DNA of 64,000 bases from an uncultured Gammaproteobacteria bacterium. GTDB taxonomy: Bacteria; Pseudomonadota; Gammaproteobacteria; Chromatiales; Chromatiaceae. Each line of letters begins with the position of its first letter. The first letter of the stretch is position 1. A model generated the notes under the pieces. The model was not told the origin of the DNA. It did no database searches and saw only the letters and a list, made by a program, of their open reading frames with translations. A program made the position numbers and the translations under genes. Location of the stretch: NCBI GenBank assembly GCA_963709645.1, contig CAVPXP010000021.1, positions 88,445-152,444 on the forward strand, written 5' to 3'. Of the stretch, positions 21,000 to 30,193 are shown one piece after another.

Positions 21000-22620
21000 G
21001 TTGCAATGCAAGACTTGAACATCCCGCTGAAATTTTCAATAGCAGATGCGGATGTCTATTCGCTCGCTAATCACGAATTGCATAGTCGCGATCCTGCTTG
21101 AGCATTTGAAAGATCACGCGGCACAGATGGCGACCCAGCGCGCGAATCGCCTGGTTGTGGGTTTTCCCCTCGTTGCGTTTTTTTTCGTAATAGCGCTGCG
21201 AGGCGGGGACCTGTTTGCGATGGCGATCCACGCCGGTCATCATCGCCGCCTTGGCGCGGGTATTGACATGGCGCGGCGCCTTGGCGCCCTGCTGTTGACC
21301 GGAGCTGTGATCGAGGTTGGCCATGCCCAGGTAGAGGGCCAGACTCGCCTCGCTGGCAAAGCGTTCCAGGGTGCCGATCTCCCCGGCCAGCTCGCTGGAG
21401 CAGACCAGCGCGAAGCCGGGGATGGTATCGATGCGTCGGGCGATCTGGGAGACCGCCATGAGGGCTTGGCAGCGTCTCTCCAGGGCCTTGATCTGGACGC
21501 GCAGGTCCAGCACCCGGCGGGCGTCGGCGACGATCATGGGGCTGGCATAGGCGACCTCGTGGCTGAAGAAGGCTCGCGGCTGCCAGGTGCGGATGACGGC
21601 GCAGAACTTCTTGCCGACGGCGGGGATGGCCAGCAGGGTCTTCTCGCGCAGGCGCGCAAGCTTGGTCAGATCTTCTCCGTGGGCCAGCAGGTTGAGGAAC
21701 CACAGGTTTTCCGCATCGGCAGTGATCTCCAGCAGGCCCGGGCAGACGGCCTGCAGGTCGCCCTGCAAGCGGCTGAGCACGCGGCTCTTTTCGGCTACCA
21801 GGGCACGTCGGCGCCGGGTCAGGCGCTTGAGTTCGAGATTCTCCGCGGGGGCGCCCTGAACCTCTTGGAGGGCGTCGCGGGCGCGGGGCATGTGCTCGCC
21901 CAGCTGCATCAGCTCCAGGGCCCGGCGCGCGTCGATGCGGTCGGTCTTGGCCGCCGCGGGAAAGACCTGCTTGAAGCGAGCGAGCTTCAGGTTGTTGACG
22001 TTCAACAGCCGCCACTGGCGTTCGCGCACCAAGGTGTCCAACGGGCGGGCATGGCCGTTGTAGCCCTCCATGGCCACCGCCACTGGCCCCGGGTAACGGC
22101 GCTGGTAACGCTCGATGCGGCTGAAGAAGTCGGCAAACCCCTCTGGACGGTGGTCCACGTCGAACTCCTCCAAGAGCTCTCCCGTGGACAACCCCACCGC
22201 CACGCTGTGGCGATGGCAGCCCACATCGACGCTCACACGCAGCTCCGGGCACAAGACCATGACAACCCCCGTAGATCGGACAGAAAGGAACGGATCGCTT
22301 GGATCGTCCGTCGGTCTCGTCTACATTCAGAGCCACTGTCCAAAAGACCGGCACCATCCCGTATGACCTCAACGGACGATACAGGGAGACGGGGGCGGCA
22401 TTTCAAGTCAAGACGAGTCAGACACGCTGATCGCGGACCCCAAGAGCCACACCCCCGTCTCACAGCCAGCTTACCCCCGCCGGGATATATCGGGCTACCT
22501 GTAAATCCGATGGTAGACCCCATCTCCCCGCCCAATCTGGGACCCTGTCACCTCGATGAGCTGGAAGACCCGGGCAGCTAATGCAGACAGAGCCCATTGA
22601 AAGACCCGACCCCACGGGCC
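21000..22620 (-). mobile_element. IS110-family insertion sequence (boundaries approximate)
   Basis: Transposase ORF 21067..22260 with about 350 bp of non-coding 5' sequence and under 100 bp of 3' sequence, wedged between the DUF3368 stop (20962) and the PACE gene start (22683). I could not define ends or target duplication by eye. Confidence 0.6.
21067..22260 (-). CDS. IS110 family transposase (DEDD recombinase)
   Basis: 397 aa. N-terminal RuvC-like VSVDVGCHRHSVAV...VAMEGYNGHARPL, TDRIDARRALELM, C-terminal Transposase_20-type region IDTIPGFALVCSSELAGEIGTLERFASEASLALYLGMA...YYEKKRNEGKTHNQAIRALGRHLCRVIF. Confidence 0.9.
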   Translation of the reverse strand: MVLCPELRVSVDVGCHRHSVAVGLSTGELLEEFDVDHRPEGFADFFSRIERYQRRYPGPVAVAMEGYNGHARPLDTLVRERQWRLLNVNNLKLARFKQVFPAAAKTDRIDARRALELMQLGEHMPRARDALQEVQGAPAENLELKRLTRRRRALVAEKSRVLSRLQGDLQAVCPGLLEITADAENLWFLNLLAHGEDLTKLARLREKTLLAIPAVGKKFCAVIRTWQPRAFFSHEVAYASPMIVADARRVLDLRVQIKALERRCQALMAVSQIARRIDTIPGFALVCSSELAGEIGTLERFASEASLALYLGMANLDHSSGQQQGAKAPRHVNTRAKAAMMTGVDRHRKQVPASQRYYEKKRNEGKTHNQAIRALGRHLCRVIFQMLKQDRDYAIRD

Positions 22621-22682
22621 CGGCGTCGCTCAGCCGCAGCGTCGGGCTTCATGATCGGGCCCTGTGTTGGTAGTCTCGCGCC

Positions 22683-23117
22683 ATGAATCCCCGAGTTCGG
22701 CGCGTCGTCCAGGCGGTTCTGTATGAGGCGGGTGCCGTGATCTTTGTGGGTCCCGCGCTTAGCCTCATCTTCGACCGGCCAGCCGCCTCCACCATCGCCT
22801 TGGCGATCCTCATGTCATCCGTGGCGCTGGCATGGAGCTATGCCTTCAATACGCTCTTCGAGCGTTGGGAGTCACGCCAGAAGACGAAAGGCCGGCCCCT
22901 CTGGCGGCGGCTGGCACATGGCCTCGGCTTCGAAGGCGGCTTGGTCGTCATGCTGGTTCCTGTCATGGCCTACTGGCTGCAAATCTCGTTGCTTCAGGCG
23001 TTGATCGCCGATCTTGGCGTCCTGGCCTTCTTCTTCCTGTACGCGGTTGTCTTCAACTGGGCCTTTGACGGTCTCTTCGGACTGCCGGAGTCCGCCAGGA
23101 ACCAGTGTGAAGCCTGA
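22683..23117 (+). CDS. PACE family (AceI-like, bacterial transmembrane pair) efflux transporter
   Basis: 144 aa with two BTP half-repeats, each carrying the R-x-x-h-a-x-x-f-E signature: RRVVQAVLYEAG and RRLAHGLGFEGG. Confidence 0.8.
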   Translation: MNPRVRRVVQAVLYEAGAVIFVGPALSLIFDRPAASTIALAILMSSVALAWSYAFNTLFERWESRQKTKGRPLWRRLAHGLGFEGGLVVMLVPVMAYWLQISLLQALIADLGVLAFFFLYAVVFNWAFDGLFGLPESARNQCEA

Positions 23118-23322
23118 TCCTTCCGACGCGTAGGCGGCCCAGAGCATCCACCAACCGGGCAAGCGGCGCCAGTCGCCTGACGGGTGTCCCCTGGCAGTGC
23201 GCTCGGGGGCCAACGCGCGGCCTTCGGTGCCCCCGCACATTACAGGTTGGTAATCTTTTCGACCGCGGGACGTAAGGTTGGTCTCCCTATCCTGTGCGTG
23301 GAAGCCCGGGGTACCCAGAGGC

Positions 23323-24108
23323 ATGGCGCTGGAGGACTGCATGTCGGGGACATCGACTCGGCTCGACGCCTCGCCCCTGGTTGCGGCCCGGGTCGGGCTG
23401 GCCGCGGCGCTGCTGGTCGTCTGCTGGCCGGGCCTGGCCTGGCCGGAGGCTTCGCGCCAGACGGAGATGCCTGCTGAAGAGGGGGCTGCCGACGCGGTGG
23501 TTCAACTCCCGCCCGGACATGCATTGGCGCAGCGGGACAAGCTCCTCTCCGCCGCCGCGCGCACTGCCGTCAACTACGTGCACGCGGCAGCCCAGGCCGT
23601 GGCGGCTGGGGAGCCGGGCCAGGCCGGGCGTCTGCTCGCGCAGGCCCGGCGCCTCCTGGACCAGATCCAGGGGGGCGTCGGGGCGAGGGAAGGGGCCGGA
23701 CGCATCACTGTCATCCCAGTCCTGGCGCGGGTGCGTCTGGCCGATGGCGGCGAGGTGAGCGATGCCCTGGCCGCCCAGGTGCGGGCACTGGAGCCCCTGG
23801 TCCTGGCCGGCGAGCACGACCGCGTGCTAGCGGGTCTTCAGGAGGTCGGGGTGAGCCTCACCTACGAGTACGTGGGGATGCCGGTGCAGGCGACCAGCGA
23901 CGGGATCGATCGGGCCGCGGCGGCCCTGTCGGCTGGAAATACCGGCGCGGCCCTGACGGACCTGACGGCCATCGTCCACGGCCTGGTGGTGCGGAGCCTT
24001 TCCGTCGGTCCAAAGCCGCCGACAGGACGCCGAGTCCAGAACTCGGGCCAAACCTCCATTAAGGACCCAGGTGTTTTGGCGTTTTCGGAATCGAACAGAG
24101 GACAATGA
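23323..24108 (+). CDS. YfdX-like periplasmic protein
   Basis: Signal/TM VGLAAALLVVCWPGLAWP. The helical repeat pattern resembles YfdX: AVNYVHAAAQAVAAGEPGQAGRLLAQARRLL...VIPV...LQEVGVSLTYEYVGMPVQATSDGIDRAAAALSAGNTGAALTDLTAIVHGLVVRSLSV. Its stop overlaps the MoxR start (ATGA). Confidence 0.5.
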   Translation: MALEDCMSGTSTRLDASPLVAARVGLAAALLVVCWPGLAWPEASRQTEMPAEEGAADAVVQLPPGHALAQRDKLLSAAARTAVNYVHAAAQAVAAGEPGQAGRLLAQARRLLDQIQGGVGAREGAGRITVIPVLARVRLADGGEVSDALAAQVRALEPLVLAGEHDRVLAGLQEVGVSLTYEYVGMPVQATSDGIDRAAAALSAGNTGAALTDLTAIVHGLVVRSLSVGPKPPTGRRVQNSGQTSIKDPGVLAFSESNRGQ

Positions 24109-25139
24109 GCATGACGTCTAGCAGTGCCGCAGCCCAGCCCCGCCCGGAGACCTCCGCCACGGAGACTCCGAGCGTCGCCCGCACCGCCTTCACGCGGCTG
24201 CGGGACGAGCTGAACGGGCGCATCGTCGGGCAGCGCCCGCTCATCGAGCGGCTGCTCATCGCCTTGCTGGCGGATGGTCACCTCCTGGTAGAGGGTGCCC
24301 CAGGGTTGGCCAAGACCACTGCCATCAAGGAGCTGGCCGCGCGCATCGAAGGGAATTTCCAGCGCATCCAGTTCACGCCGGACCTGCTCCCCGGCGACCT
24401 GACCGGCACCGACATCTACCGCCCCGAGACCGGCACGTTCGACTTCCAGCCCGGCCCGCTGTTTCACAATCTGGTCCTGGCGGACGAGGTCAACCGCGCC
24501 CCCGCCAAGGTCCAGTCCGCCCTGCTGGAGGCCATGGGCGAGCACCAGATCACGGTGGGTACACGCACCTACCCCCTGCCGGAGCCATTTCTGGTCATGG
24601 CGACTCAGAACCCCATCGAGCACGAGGGGACCTACCCCCTGCCGGAGGCCCAGCTCGACCGCTTCCTGATGCACGTGCAGGTCGGGTACCCGGACGCGGG
24701 GGCGGAGCGGCGCATCCTCAATATCGCCCGGGGCGAGGCGAGGGTGCGCCGCGGTGCGGAGTCCGCTCCCCAGGTGCGGGTCACCCGGGAGCAGATCTTC
24801 GCCGGCCGCGATGAGGTCATGGACCTGCACATGGCCGCCAGCCTGGAGGAGTATCTGGTCGAGCTGGTGCTGGCCACCCGTGACCCGTCCCCCTACGGCG
24901 GTGAGCTCAAGCGCCTGGTGGACTACGGGGGCAGCCCCCGCGCCACCATTGCGCTGGATCGCTGTGCGCGGGCGCACGCCTGGCTGCGCGGCAGCGACTA
25001 CGTGACCCCCCAGGACGTGCATGCGGTGGTCTTCGACGTCCTGCGCCATCGCGTCCTGTTGAGTTATGAGGCGGAGGCTGAGGGAATCGGGGCCGACCGC
25101 TTCGTGTCGGATCTGCTCGGCCGGGTGCCCATGGTCTAA
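24105..25139 (+). CDS. MoxR-family AAA+ ATPase
   Basis: LLVEGAPGLAKTT Walker A, FQRIQFTPDLLPGDLTG, LVLADEVNRAPAKVQSALLEAMGE, VMATQNPIE. Confidence 0.92.
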   Translation: MSMTSSSAAAQPRPETSATETPSVARTAFTRLRDELNGRIVGQRPLIERLLIALLADGHLLVEGAPGLAKTTAIKELAARIEGNFQRIQFTPDLLPGDLTGTDIYRPETGTFDFQPGPLFHNLVLADEVNRAPAKVQSALLEAMGEHQITVGTRTYPLPEPFLVMATQNPIEHEGTYPLPEAQLDRFLMHVQVGYPDAGAERRILNIARGEARVRRGAESAPQVRVTREQIFAGRDEVMDLHMAASLEEYLVELVLATRDPSPYGGELKRLVDYGGSPRATIALDRCARAHAWLRGSDYVTPQDVHAVVFDVLRHRVLLSYEAEAEGIGADRFVSDLLGRVPMV

Positions 25140-25202
25140 CGGCCCGCCTCAGCGCCCCACCACATCGACCCGAGTGTGCCCCGGATTCACGGCAACCCGA
25201 AT

Positions 25203-26285
25203 ATGCCCAAGCTAGCCCCCGATCCCAACGTCCAGATCAGCACCCACGACCTCATCGGCCTGCGCCGGCGCGTCGAGCGGTTGCGCCTGACGGCGCGGGA
25301 GCCTAGTCGTTCGGTCCTGGCGGGGAGCCACCGCTCGCGGTTCCGCGGGCGCGGCATGGACTACCAGGAGTCGCGCCACTACCAGCCCGGCGACGACATC
25401 CGCAACATGGACTGGCGGATTACCGCCCGCGCCGGGAGGCCGCACGTGAAGGTCTACGAAGAGGAACGCGAGCGCCCCGTCATCGTCCTGGTGGACTTGA
25501 GCCCCAGCATGTTCTTCGGTACCCGGGGTGCGTTCAAGTCCGTGGCAGCGGCGCGCCTGGCGGCCCTCGTCGCCTGGGCAGCCGTCGCCCACGGCGACCG
25601 TATCGGAGGCCTGCTCTTCGGCTGGTCTTCCCAACGCAGCGCTACCTCCTCTGTCCCGGGATTCGTCAACGGCGGTCACCGCGAGCTCCAGCCCGCTGGG
25701 GGGCGCCGGGCGGCGATGCGCCTGATCCGGGACCTGGCGTTGGCCGGCGACGCCCAGGGATGGGTTAGCGCCCCGGGGGACAGGAGTCGGGAGGGACCAG
25801 ACGCCCAAGACACAGAGGCTGGACCGGCCGCGAGCCCGATCCCCGGCGGACTGAGCGCCGGCCTGGCCCGGCTCCGGCGGGTAGCCCGGCCCGGGAGTCT
25901 GGTCTTCGTCATCTCCGATTTCTACAGCATGGATGCGGATACCCAGCGACACCTGGGGCAGTTGCGCCGCCATAACGAGATCGTGGCCTGCCAGGTCTCC
26001 GACGCGCTGGAGCTGGCCCCGCCTCCTCCTGGGAGCTACGGCATCGGCGATGGGCGACGAACCGGGGTGCTGGATACCCGCCCGGCGGCGGCCCGGGCGC
26101 GCTATGCGGACTATTTCGCCCGTCACCACGCGGCGGTCGCGGGCATGACCGAGGCCCGAGGTATCCCCCTCATCCGTCTGTCGCCAGAGGACGACCCGGC
26201 CGCGCGCTTGGCTGAGGGATTGGACCTGCGCGTCGGAGGCGGTCGGCCGCGCAGCGCAGGGCTGGGGATCGGAGCGGCGGGATGA
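25203..26285 (+). CDS. DUF58 domain protein (vWA-like, MoxR partner)
   Basis: SRFRGRGMDYQESRHYQPGDDIRNMDWRITARAGRPHVKVYEEERERPVIVLVDLSPSM. The track ORF begins at GTG 25176. Confidence 0.88.
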   Translation: MPKLAPDPNVQISTHDLIGLRRRVERLRLTAREPSRSVLAGSHRSRFRGRGMDYQESRHYQPGDDIRNMDWRITARAGRPHVKVYEEERERPVIVLVDLSPSMFFGTRGAFKSVAAARLAALVAWAAVAHGDRIGGLLFGWSSQRSATSSVPGFVNGGHRELQPAGGRRAAMRLIRDLALAGDAQGWVSAPGDRSREGPDAQDTEAGPAASPIPGGLSAGLARLRRVARPGSLVFVISDFYSMDADTQRHLGQLRRHNEIVACQVSDALELAPPPPGSYGIGDGRRTGVLDTRPAAARARYADYFARHHAAVAGMTEARGIPLIRLSPEDDPAARLAEGLDLRVGGGRPRSAGLGIGAAG

Positions 26286-26899
26286 GCCCTACCCCAGTGG
26301 AGACCCCGGCGCAGACCCCAGTGCAGGCTAAGGTGACGCCCGCCCCGGACCAGGTGCCGGGCTCGGTGCTCGGCCAGACGCAGTTGCCCCCGCCGGGCCT
26401 GCCTGGCGCCCCTTCCGCCGTGGCGGGCGCGCCTGGCGGCCAAACACTGGAGCAGGCCCTGGACCTGCGGGACATCCATCCCCCGGGGACCCCGGGGCTC
26501 TGGCCGCCGGCGCCGGGCTGGTGGGTCGTCCTGACCCTTCTGGTCGCGACCCTGGCTGCTCTCGGCACCAGGGTCTGGCGGGCACACCGTGCTCGGGTCA
26601 GGCGGCGGCGTATCCTGGCCGAGTTGGCGGCCGTCGGCGGGCGCGTCCAGGGGGTCGAGCTGGCGGCGGCGGTCTCGGCGCTGCTGAAGCGTGTCGCCCT
26701 CGCGCAGTTCCGCCGCGCCGAGGTGGCTCCCCTCACGGGTCGGGCCTGGCTCGACTTTCTCGACCGCCATGGTGGGGCAGGGCGTTTCTCCGCCGGACCC
26801 GGACGGGTCCTTGCCGAGGGCCCCTATGCGCCGGCCTTGGACCTGGACTCTCAGGCACTGCTCGACCTAGCCCGGGATTGGGTGCGGAGAAACACATGA
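26282..26899 (+). CDS. DUF4381 domain protein
   Basis: LRDIHPP...WPPAPGWWVVLTLLVATLAAL (TM) ...LTGRAWLDFLD. Four-nt overlaps with both neighbours. Confidence 0.75.
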   Translation: MSPTPVETPAQTPVQAKVTPAPDQVPGSVLGQTQLPPPGLPGAPSAVAGAPGGQTLEQALDLRDIHPPGTPGLWPPAPGWWVVLTLLVATLAALGTRVWRAHRARVRRRRILAELAAVGGRVQGVELAAAVSALLKRVALAQFRRAEVAPLTGRAWLDFLDRHGGAGRFSAGPGRVLAEGPYAPALDLDSQALLDLARDWVRRNT

Positions 26900-28050
26900 A
26901 CCTGGAGCAGTTGGCATTCCTTTGGCCCTGGGTTTTCGCCGCCCTGCCCCTGCCGCTGGTGGTGCGCTTCCTGCTTCCACGGGCCGAGCAAGGCTCGGGG
27001 ACGGCCCTGCGCATTCCCTTCTTCGCCGCCATCACGGCGGCGGTCGGGGTTCCGGGTGCGCGCCCAAGCCGAGCGTCCTGGGTCCTGGCCGCGCTGGCCT
27101 GGGCCCTGCTGGTCGCAGCGGCAGCCCGCCCGCAACTGCTGGGGGAGCCCATCGCCCTGCCGATGCAGGGGCGTGACTTGATGCTGGCCGTGGACATCTC
27201 CGAGTCCATGGCCGAGGAGGACATGGTCATCGGCAACCGCACCGTGGACCGCCTGACCGCGGTCAAAGCGGTGGCAGGGGACTTCATCGAGCGCCGCAAC
27301 GGGGACCGCGTCGGGCTCATCCTGTTCGGTACCCAGGCCTATCAGCAGGCGCCCCTGACCTTCGACCGTCCGACGGTGCGCACCCTACTGTTCGAGTCCG
27401 AGGTTGGTCTGGCCGGAAAGGCCACCGCCATCGGCGACGCCATTGGGCTCGCCATCAAGCGCCTGCGCGGCTCCGGCGTCGCGGCCTCTGACGAGGCTCC
27501 CCCGTCCCAGGGGTCTCAGGCCGCCGCTGACCAGCCGGTTCTGATCCTGCTCACGGACGGCGCCAACACTGCCGGCAGCATCGAGCCGCGCAAGGCTGCC
27601 GAGCTGGCAGCCCGCGAGGGGATACGTATCTATACCATTGGCGTGGGGTCCGAGCCGCGTGGTGTCTTCGGCCTCGCGGTAGGCGGGGCGCAGATCGACG
27701 AGCCGACCCTGGAGGCCATCGCGAAGACCACAGGCGGACGCTTTTTCCGCGCCCGCGACATCCGGGGGCTCCAGGCCATCTATGCAGCCCTCGACGAGTT
27801 GGAACCGGCGGTCTCTGAGGACAAGACCTTCCGTCCGGTGCGCGACCTGTTCCAGTGGCCCCTCGGTGCCGCCTTGTTGGTGAGCGCCCTGATTGGGGTC
27901 TGGCGGCTTGCTAGCGGAGGGTGGGAGCGCAGTCCTCGCCGCGACAGGCTCGGAGCCGGCTCCTTCCCGGCAGTGCAGCTCTCCGCGGTGACTGCCGACC
28001 GTTCGGCGCAGCGCGTTGCGCGACCGCGTCCCGCCCATCACCAACGATGA
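26896..28050 (+). CDS. BatA-type membrane vWA domain protein
   Basis: ATG 26896 (ATGA overlap). N-terminal TM LAFLWPWVFAALPLPLVV. MIDAS LMLAVDISESM. LILLTDGANTAG; C-terminal TM. The last 40 or so residues look atypical, so the stop position is uncertain. Confidence 0.8.
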   Translation: MNLEQLAFLWPWVFAALPLPLVVRFLLPRAEQGSGTALRIPFFAAITAAVGVPGARPSRASWVLAALAWALLVAAAARPQLLGEPIALPMQGRDLMLAVDISESMAEEDMVIGNRTVDRLTAVKAVAGDFIERRNGDRVGLILFGTQAYQQAPLTFDRPTVRTLLFESEVGLAGKATAIGDAIGLAIKRLRGSGVAASDEAPPSQGSQAAADQPVLILLTDGANTAGSIEPRKAAELAAREGIRIYTIGVGSEPRGVFGLAVGGAQIDEPTLEAIAKTTGGRFFRARDIRGLQAIYAALDELEPAVSEDKTFRPVRDLFQWPLGAALLVSALIGVWRLASGGWERSPRRDRLGAGSFPAVQLSAVTADRSAQRVARPRPAHHQR

Positions 28051-28057
28051 CCGATCC

Positions 28058-30102
28058 ATGCCTGCCGATTTTCATTTTCTGACCCCCGAATGGTTCCTGG
28101 CCCTGCTGCCGCTCGCGGCCGTCCTCTGGGGCGCCAGCCGGCGGGGCGTCGCACAGAATGCCTGGCAACGGGTGGTGGACCGCCACCTCCTGCCCTACCT
28201 CCTGGTGGGGCAGGCGGGCGCGGCGCGCTGGCTGCCCCTGACCCTGGTGGCCGCGGGGTGGCTGGTGGCGGTCGTCGCCCTGGCCAACCCCAGCTACGAG
28301 CGCCGACCGGCCCCGGCCGTGCGCCCGGTCGATGCCCGTGTGGTGGTCCTGGACCTGTCCCACTCCATGGACGCGGCAGACCTCAAGCCGTCGCGACTGG
28401 CGCGGGCACGCTACAAGGTGGCGGACATCCTCAATCGCAGCCGCGACGGCCAGGTCGGCTTGGTCGCATTCGCCGGGGACGCCTTCGTGGTGGCCCCCCT
28501 GAGCGACGATGCCGGGACTTTGCTCGGGATGCTCGACGCCCTATCCCCGGAGGTGATGCCGGTGCGTGGCAGCCGTCCGGACCTGGGACTGGCCAAGGCG
28601 GGTGAACTCTTGACCCAAGGCGGAGCCCGCGGGGGTGAGGTGATCCTGGTTGGGGACGATGCCGGGGACGAGCGGGCCCGGGCCGCCGCCGCGTCACTGG
28701 TCGCGGAGGGCCGCACCCTGTCGGTGATCGGCGTGGGTACGGCTGAGGGGGCGCCGGTGCCCGGGGCGCGGGATGCCGACGGCAAACCGGTGATGGCCCA
28801 GCTCGATGCGGCAGCTCTTCAGAGTCTGGCCCGCGCTGGCGGTGGGGACTATGCCACCCTGACCCCGGACAGGGCGGACCTAGACCTGGTTCTGCACCGC
28901 CAGTCTGGGCGGGTCGACCCAGGTCAGGACGCGGCCAAAGTGGACGCGGACCAGTGGGAGGGTCTCGGCCCCTGGCTCACGCTGGCACTGCTCCCGTTGG
29001 CGGCTCTGGCCTTCCGTCGCGGCTGGCTGGTGGGTGCCGCCCTGACCCTGGTCCTGACCCAGGGAATCCTGAGCCCGAGACCCGCCTTGGCGCTGACCTG
29101 GGACGATCTTTGGCAGCGGCCCGACCAACAGGCGGCTGCAGCCCTGGCACAGGGCGATCATCGGCGCGCCCTGGACCTCGCGGAGCAACCGGACCAGCGC
29201 GGGACCGCCAGCTATCGCCTTGGCGACTATCAGAGCGCGGCCGAGTCCTTTGGCGTCGCCGGCAGCGCGGACGGGGACTACAACCGCGGCAATGCCCTGG
29301 CCCGGGCTGGCAAGCTCCAGGAGGCCATCGCGGCCTACGGCGAAGCCCTGAAGCTCCGGCCAGGGATGGAGGATGCCGTCTACAACAAGGCTCGGGTGGA
29401 GGAACTGCTAAAGCGACAGCAACAGCAACAGAACAGCAACAGCAGTCAGACTCCGGTGACGGGTCCAACGAACAATCCAACCAGGCGCCTCAGGGCGGTG
29501 AATCACAGCCGGACGCGAAGAGCGAGCAGCAGGACCAGGGCCAGCAGGGACAGGCGGGCGATCAGTCCCAGTCCGGCCAACCGGGCGATCGACAGGAGAC
29601 CGGGGAACAGGGACAGGGCGGTCAGGCCCCTGATGAACAGGGTGCCGAGCCGGGTGGGCAGGAGCAAGACTCCCAGGCTTCCGGCCAAGATCAGGGGGAG
29701 CAGGCTGCCCAACAAGGCGCTGAGCATGGCGCTGAGCAAAGCCAGACCGAGGGCCAGCAGGGCCGGTCGGGTGGTCCGCTGGCGACCGACGAGGGCGCGC
29801 CTGAGGCGAAGGATGCGGAGGCTCGCAGTGATCAGGCAGAGAAGGCCGCGGAGGACTACAGCGCCGAAGCGGCACGCCAGGCGCAAGCCCAGGTCGGGCC
29901 GGACGAGGATCACGGCGAGCAGCCGGGGGCGCCTATCGAGGCTGACTTGCCGCCGGAAGAACGGGAGGCTCAGCAGGCGGCGGATCAGTGGTTGCGGCGC
30001 ATCCCGGACGATCCCTCGGGGTTGCTGAGGCGCAAGTTCCTGTACCAGTACCGATTGCGCAACGGGCGGGGCGGGGTCACGACCTCGGGCAATCCATGGT
30101 AA
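28058..30102 (+). pseudogene. BatB/BatC-type vWA + TPR protein with acidic Gln/Glu-rich linker, one frameshift near 29430
   Basis: VVVLDLSHSM MIDAS, TPR units (GNALARAGKLQEAIAAYGEALKLRPG). A frame change inside a CAG/CAA-rich run switches to frame 28954..30102, which ends with the family tail WLRRIPDDPSGLLRRKFLYQY. Confidence 0.8.
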
Positions 30103-30193
30103 GGGTCGGACCACCGCCCAGTCGCGGGCCGCTCTTGCGACCGGAGGTGCAGCGGTGGCCCCTGTCCCCTATCCACCCCAGCCAGCGAGGGTC

